Made by a program: the position numbers and the translations under genes. Positions 23,782 through 28,178 of a DNA stretch of 28,178 bases are shown here, in pieces (position 1 is the first letter of the stretch; each line of letters begins with the position of its first letter). The notes beneath the pieces are model-generated. The model was not told where the DNA came from, ran no database searches, and saw nothing but the letters and a program-made list of their open reading frames with translations. The DNA comes from Candidatus Thorarchaeota archaeon (GTDB taxonomy: Archaea; Asgardarchaeota; Thorarchaeia; Thorarchaeales; Thorarchaeaceae), in assembly GCA_048884785.1 (NCBI GenBank), contig JBHLQM010000048.1, forward strand, positions 1 through 28,178, read 5' to 3'.

Positions 23782-25218
23782 TCAGACCAGTCTAAAATGA
23801 CCATTTTTGGGCTCATATACGAGCCCATCATCCTTCATCTGTGTCAGTGTGAGTGCGGCTTTGTGTTGTTCCAGTCCGGCCTCTTCAGCAACCTCACTTA
23901 ATGTTGGTCCTAGACTACCTCTCTTCCCAGTGTCAAGTTTCTGAAGAGCTCGCACTACTTTCGTGTTATACCTGTCAAGACGGGTCCGTTCTCCCCACTG
24001 TTTTTCAGATAGACCCTTTATCTCAGAGATCTCAATGAATTCTCTCAGAGCAGGCTCTAGAACCTTGTCCCACGAACTCTTCAGGTCTTTTGCGGTGACC
24101 TTTTCCTTCCAATATGCTCTTGCAGATGACCTAGCAAGTTTAATCGCACTAAGTGGCCTACCTAGTTCATTTGCATCAAGAATACTACCTCTCGAGATTG
24201 AACCTTCATCGAGTCCAAAACTAGACCTAAGTACATCAATCCGCTCTTGGATATGCAAGAAGGCAGAGTCTATGCTTTTTTGAGATACTTGAGGAGTTAG
24301 TAATTGGAACGTAATAGCTGATTTCAGCACTGGGAGTTGGAGTTCTGAGGCATTCTTTGTTTCAACCCAGAAGTCCTCATTTGCAAGGGCAATAGGCACA
24401 TCTGGAAGAGTTGCAGTCGAGCTCTCGGTCAAGGCCGCCATCGAAACCTCAGAATATCCAGATGTATCCCTTCGGCCAAGACAAAGGTCTTCCATCTTCT
24501 TCCTTGAAACGCTGCCTGCTTCCATCCGCCATATTCGAGGCGTATCGACTCGAATTCCTCTGACCATTACCGATTTTCTTGAGGATTTCAATGATGGGGG
24601 AAGTATTCCCTTCATGAATCTGAATAGGCGATTCACTTGTTTTTGAGATGCAATAGCCTGAATTCCTGCCGTAAGCCCTCCTATTCTTTCCAGAATTGGG
24701 GGGCTCGATACATAGAGCTGTGAAAATACGCGTTTGCTTGCTTCTGCCATACCCACATTCTCAAAGATCATTCGAGAGAGTTCACTTAGTTTAGGCGGAC
24801 TTGAGATTATCGAACTGATGCTATGTTCAAGAGTTTCAATATTTTGGGCAATGATGGCTCTCATGGTTGTCTGTTCCGTCTCTAAGAGCCGAGGGATTAT
24901 TCCGTTAAATCCGGTTACTTCTATCCTTGCGCCATCTTGCGGATATGACATGTTTTCTCCAATATATACAAAGACTCCCTCAAGCAACCATGGACTAGGG
25001 GTGAGTAGTATGATGTAGGGATCCTGTGTATATCTAACAAATCCCCTATAGCATGAAGTCCTTGATGTTAATCTCTCACGAAATTGCTCGTGAAGCTCCT
25101 TTTCCCAGGCTGCAAGCTCTGAACCGAACTGCCTTTCAAAAACGTCCGCTGAGCCAACAGTGTCAGAAAGCCTATCCACTGACTCACCATATTTTCTCAG
25201 CAGTTCATCAATATCCAT
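23782..25218 (-). CDS. Divergent MCM-like protein with degenerate AAA+ motifs and a C-terminal winged helix
   Basis: PQDGARIEVTG resembles the MCM OB-fold PGD.V.VTG, followed by IAQNIE. VGMAEASKR resembles IYG.E.VK. Lid RPLSAIKLARSSARAYWKEKVTAKD resembles RQL..LIRLA.A.AR.....VT..D. WH ends LTQMKDDGLVYEPKNGHFRLV. No Walker A GxxxxGK[ST]. Likely start ATG 25218. Confidence 0.7.
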   Translation of the reverse strand: MDIDELLRKYGESVDRLSDTVGSADVFERQFGSELAAWEKELHEQFRERLTSRTSCYRGFVRYTQDPYIILLTPSPWLLEGVFVYIGENMSYPQDGARIEVTGFNGIIPRLLETEQTTMRAIIAQNIETLEHSISSIISSPPKLSELSRMIFENVGMAEASKRVFSQLYVSSPPILERIGGLTAGIQAIASQKQVNRLFRFMKGILPPSLKSSRKSVMVRGIRVDTPRIWRMEAGSVSRKKMEDLCLGRRDTSGYSEVSMAALTESSTATLPDVPIALANEDFWVETKNASELQLPVLKSAITFQLLTPQVSQKSIDSAFLHIQERIDVLRSSFGLDEGSISRGSILDANELGRPLSAIKLARSSARAYWKEKVTAKDLKSSWDKVLEPALREFIEISEIKGLSEKQWGERTRLDRYNTKVVRALQKLDTGKRGSLGPTLSEVAEEAGLEQHKAALTLTQMKDDGLVYEPKNGHFRLV

Positions 25219-25308
25219 CTGGGAATCCTTCCAGTACTGACTCTTCCAGCTTTCTTCCAATTGTAACGCTTTTCTAGATATGCACTCCACGGATATAAAG
25301 CGCCAATC

Positions 25309-26388
25309 CTACAGCAAATCTGATGGGTCTATGCCTCGGTTCATTGCCTTTTGAGTCATCCAATCCATGAGTCCCTTGGGCGGTTCGATTCTCTCTCCGC
25401 TTCTGTCAATAAGGGCAAGGGCATCCTCAGGACAGGTGATTGCGCAGACGCCACAACCAATGCATTTCTCAATATCCACAGTGCAAATATCCTCTGGTAC
25501 TGAGAGAGCATCGAATTGGCACCTTTCAACGCAGGTCTCACAACCAGTGCAGAGGTCTGCATCAACAGACATGATATAATCCGATTTAACAAATGCATGT
25601 GGCTGATTAGACTCTGCGACACCTCTGAGGATATTGCAGCAACAAGTGCAGCAATTACATATGTAATAATGCCCATCTTGTATATTCATTGTACAATGTA
25701 CCAAACCGGCTTCTTCGGTTTCCCGCAGTTTTTCCAGAGCTTCTTCTCGGGTGATTGCCTTGGTGAGTTCATCATGGTCAAAGACATTCTCTTTCTTTGC
25801 AAAGATAAGACAAACGGAGCTAGGATAGATGCACTTGTTATCGAGCAATTCCTGTTGCTTCTTACAAATGCATTCTCTCAGACCCCAAGCTTTTGCATTG
25901 TTAATCATGTCTTCTGCTATTTGATACGGCTTAATCTCCAACTCGGCCTTTACAACTCTATTAATAGGAATCACTTTGAATACTGCCGGTTCTGTATCAA
26001 AGAGCCCTTTGCCTTGCCCCTTGATGAAATAGTCTTCTGCACGTCTTGCAAATTCCTTGTCCATTCGGCCCAGCTGCTCCTCATATATTCCTACGGCAAA
26101 AGGTATGAGCGCATATCGCCGCCCTGTTGATGAGTTCCACGATCTAATCTGACCTTTTTCTGCCATTACTTTTAAGAGAGGTTCTAGATGACCTGAATCC
26201 TCCTCCAATCTCTCACTCATTTCTTCAATTGTTTCGCCCTTCAATTTCATTCTACTTGCAAGGTCTGCCTCCTCTTCAGTGAAAATCCATTGAAGGACCT
26301 TGATATGGCTGTCATCATCAACATGTGTGAAACTATTCGGAATCCTGTCCAGAACGGCAGCAAGTCGTTCCCAAGCACTCATTGTCAT
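25309..26388 (-). CDS. 4Fe-4S dicluster (polyferredoxin-like) protein with N-terminal helical domain
   Basis: CIC..., GLVHC, ICNCCTCCC, CTGCETCVERC, CIGCGVCAITCP. Start probably 26388 or 26382 rather than 26466. Confidence 0.88.
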   Translation of the reverse strand: MTMSAWERLAAVLDRIPNSFTHVDDDSHIKVLQWIFTEEEADLASRMKLKGETIEEMSERLEEDSGHLEPLLKVMAEKGQIRSWNSSTGRRYALIPFAVGIYEEQLGRMDKEFARRAEDYFIKGQGKGLFDTEPAVFKVIPINRVVKAELEIKPYQIAEDMINNAKAWGLRECICKKQQELLDNKCIYPSSVCLIFAKKENVFDHDELTKAITREEALEKLRETEEAGLVHCTMNIQDGHYYICNCCTCCCNILRGVAESNQPHAFVKSDYIMSVDADLCTGCETCVERCQFDALSVPEDICTVDIEKCIGCGVCAITCPEDALALIDRSGERIEPPKGLMDWMTQKAMNRGIDPSDLL

Positions 26389-26453
26389 ATCACTAAGGCT
26401 CCTATCTAAGAGTGGATACTCAAGTATATTCTCCCATATAATGTCTTGGACTG

Positions 26454-27818
26454 CTATTTGGAACATCTCAACAATATTCCCAAGGGGTCTAGCTCGATGT
26501 TGACTCTATTAATGACTTCTTCACAAGTCATTCCTTGCCCGAACAATACGTAAACCATGCACATTTGATATGGCGGAAGGAATAGCAGATTATTCGAGTT
26601 CAGAAGCTCCTTGTATTCCTTTCCAATATTCTCATCTATAAGATATGATTCGAGCTTCCTCAACGATACTTTATGATTCACAAGTAGACCAGCTATCTTT
26701 TCTAGGAACTCCTTTTTGGGCACTTTTGCGTCTTCTCCAAAAAATCGCGAAACATTTTCCTCAAACCACGCTCTCAGCCTGTCCGCAGAAACATCCGGGA
26801 CTATTATTGGTGTTTCGTCTTCTCCTTCTACGACTCGCACAAACCCTCTCTTTTCTGCCGCAAGAACGAAATCTGCAAGAGTTGGATATCCGAGCGCAAC
26901 ATAGTCTATTTCGTTCTTCTTCAGGTCATCTTTCATCTCATCAAGTGTTGGCGATAGCCCCTCATCCAATTTCCTTTCCACCACTTGACAGAGTGTTCTG
27001 AAGGCTCCTGTTGCTCGTTGTGTCAGAAGTATTCTGTCTTCTGTTATACTCTCAGGAATCACCAACACTGTGCCCGGTAATTCTCCCTCTCTCCGTACAT
27101 ATTCCTCGTATTCAGCCCAGTCGAGAAACTCATTCCAGCTTCGAAAGCCAAGGATCTTCTCTGAGAATGTTGGATTGAGCGCCGTCATCACGTGCTTGAC
27201 ATGCCCGACTCCTGGTTTGTTGCCAGAATCTTGAATCGCCCTGATTGCTTCCTGCAATCTTATGGCTGCGATAATCCGCATTTCCTCAACGCTCCCTATT
27301 AGTTTCCGGCAATCTTCCGGAGTTGAACATGGAAGTCGTGTCGTTCTAAAGGAGTGTATATCACTATATTGAGTAGCCAAATCTGTGAGTTCTGATGCTG
27401 TTATGATTGGATTGCTGATCACCCACAGTTTAAACCCTCTCTCCTTTAGTGCTCCCGCGAGTAGCTTGAAATCACCATCTCCCGACACCAAAACATATTG
27501 TTGAGTCTCTGGATAGCGCACCATATGCTCGAGAATATATGAAGCCATCTTGTAGTCTGTTGCATTTTCTTTAGAATCAGGAATGTGAATCAAATCGTAT
27601 CCCAGCTGATGCAGGTTCTCTGCTATCTTCCTCCTAGTATCCCAGTCCGCGAACGCGTACGCCCGTATGACCTGACTATGTTCATGGATAGCTTCTGTCA
27701 TCTTTATGTGTGTGGCGGGTTCATCATGCACATTCTCGATATCCCAAAATACTGCAATGTTGAGGACATCAGTATCTTTTGCGTATGAAGTATTGGGATT
27801 CGGCACGCTTGTCACCAT
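26454..27818 (-). CDS. NYN (LabA/DUF88, PIN-like) RNase with two LOTUS/OST-HTH domains
   Basis: FWDIENV, KENATD, LVSGDGDF form the acidic active site. LOTUS-like segments are P.FSEKILGFRSWNEFL and DYVALGYPTLADFV. Likely start ATG 27818. Confidence 0.85.
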   Translation of the reverse strand: MVTSVPNPNTSYAKDTDVLNIAVFWDIENVHDEPATHIKMTEAIHEHSQVIRAYAFADWDTRRKIAENLHQLGYDLIHIPDSKENATDYKMASYILEHMVRYPETQQYVLVSGDGDFKLLAGALKERGFKLWVISNPIITASELTDLATQYSDIHSFRTTRLPCSTPEDCRKLIGSVEEMRIIAAIRLQEAIRAIQDSGNKPGVGHVKHVMTALNPTFSEKILGFRSWNEFLDWAEYEEYVRREGELPGTVLVIPESITEDRILLTQRATGAFRTLCQVVERKLDEGLSPTLDEMKDDLKKNEIDYVALGYPTLADFVLAAEKRGFVRVVEGEDETPIIVPDVSADRLRAWFEENVSRFFGEDAKVPKKEFLEKIAGLLVNHKVSLRKLESYLIDENIGKEYKELLNSNNLLFLPPYQMCMVYVLFGQGMTCEEVINRVNIELDPLGILLRCSK

Positions 27819-28178
27819 CTGAAGAAGACCAATTCTCACTGATAAGCTATAGGGAGAGGTATTTCCTCTTGAGAAATCTGAATCTCTTGGTTTGTTTGCA
27901 TTATAGATGTGGTGGAACTTGCTGGTTACATGGATTTTGAACAGATAATATTGAGCGAGATTGAGGAAATAGATGAAACCTATTCTAGTACCTATACTTC
28001 GGATCACAAAGTATACCGAGAGAGTGAAGTGATTTACTATAGCACTCTATTAGGGCTTCCAAACGAGCTAATCTCACTAATATATGAGCACTATGGACAC
28101 TATTTAGGCTCTATCAGCTCTCGGAATTCTCAATGCACGGAGTGGTTGACCAGGTTTCTTCAGACGGAATGGGCAAGA

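Noticed and set aside
25516-26130. 204-aa plus-strand ORF
   Set aside because: Antisense shadow of the well-supported 4Fe-4S gene, with no motifs.
25309-26388. Selenoprotein or SECIS-dependent readthrough
   Set aside because: All Cys motifs are encoded without in-frame TGA, and no truncated redox ORF or clear SECIS was seen in the window.
27819-28007. 63-aa N-terminal extension of the NYN ORF
   Set aside because: AT-rich, promoter-like composition. The NYN domain begins shortly after the ATG at 27818.
28008-28178. Possible 3' end of a gene at the window edge
   Set aside because: Too short to assign, with no recognisable motif.
1-28178. CRISPR array, rRNA, IS elements
   Set aside because: No regularly spaced repeats, rRNA signatures or transposase ORFs were seen. 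The remaining short ORFs in the track are overlapping or antisense shadows of the called genes.

Overview
Gene-dense archaeal window, most likely from an Asgard archaeon. Thorarchaeia is an inference from the eukaryotic-signature proteins: a Rab-like GTPase, a longin-Arf-like GTPase fusion and a two-domain gelsolin. The left half holds conserved translation and RNA-maturation genes: adk, DUF106/EMC3, L34e, cmk, L14e, cbf5, RNase P RNA, tsr3, tiaS, S13-S4-S11 and a tRNA-Ser(GGA) with two BHB introns, one of them in the T-stem. The right half holds metabolic, repair and regulatory genes: asparaginase, a GGR-family reductase, RNase Z, a tandem Lrp-like wHTH protein, TrmB, DinB, RdgB, a hydrolase, an LLM oxidoreductase, an M20 peptidase and Fpg. 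It ends with gelsolin, an MCM-like protein whose ATPase motifs look degenerate, a polyferredoxin and an NYN-LOTUS RNase. The top candidate for novelty is the apparently catalytically dead MCM paralog. All calls come from reading motifs by eye; no searches were run.
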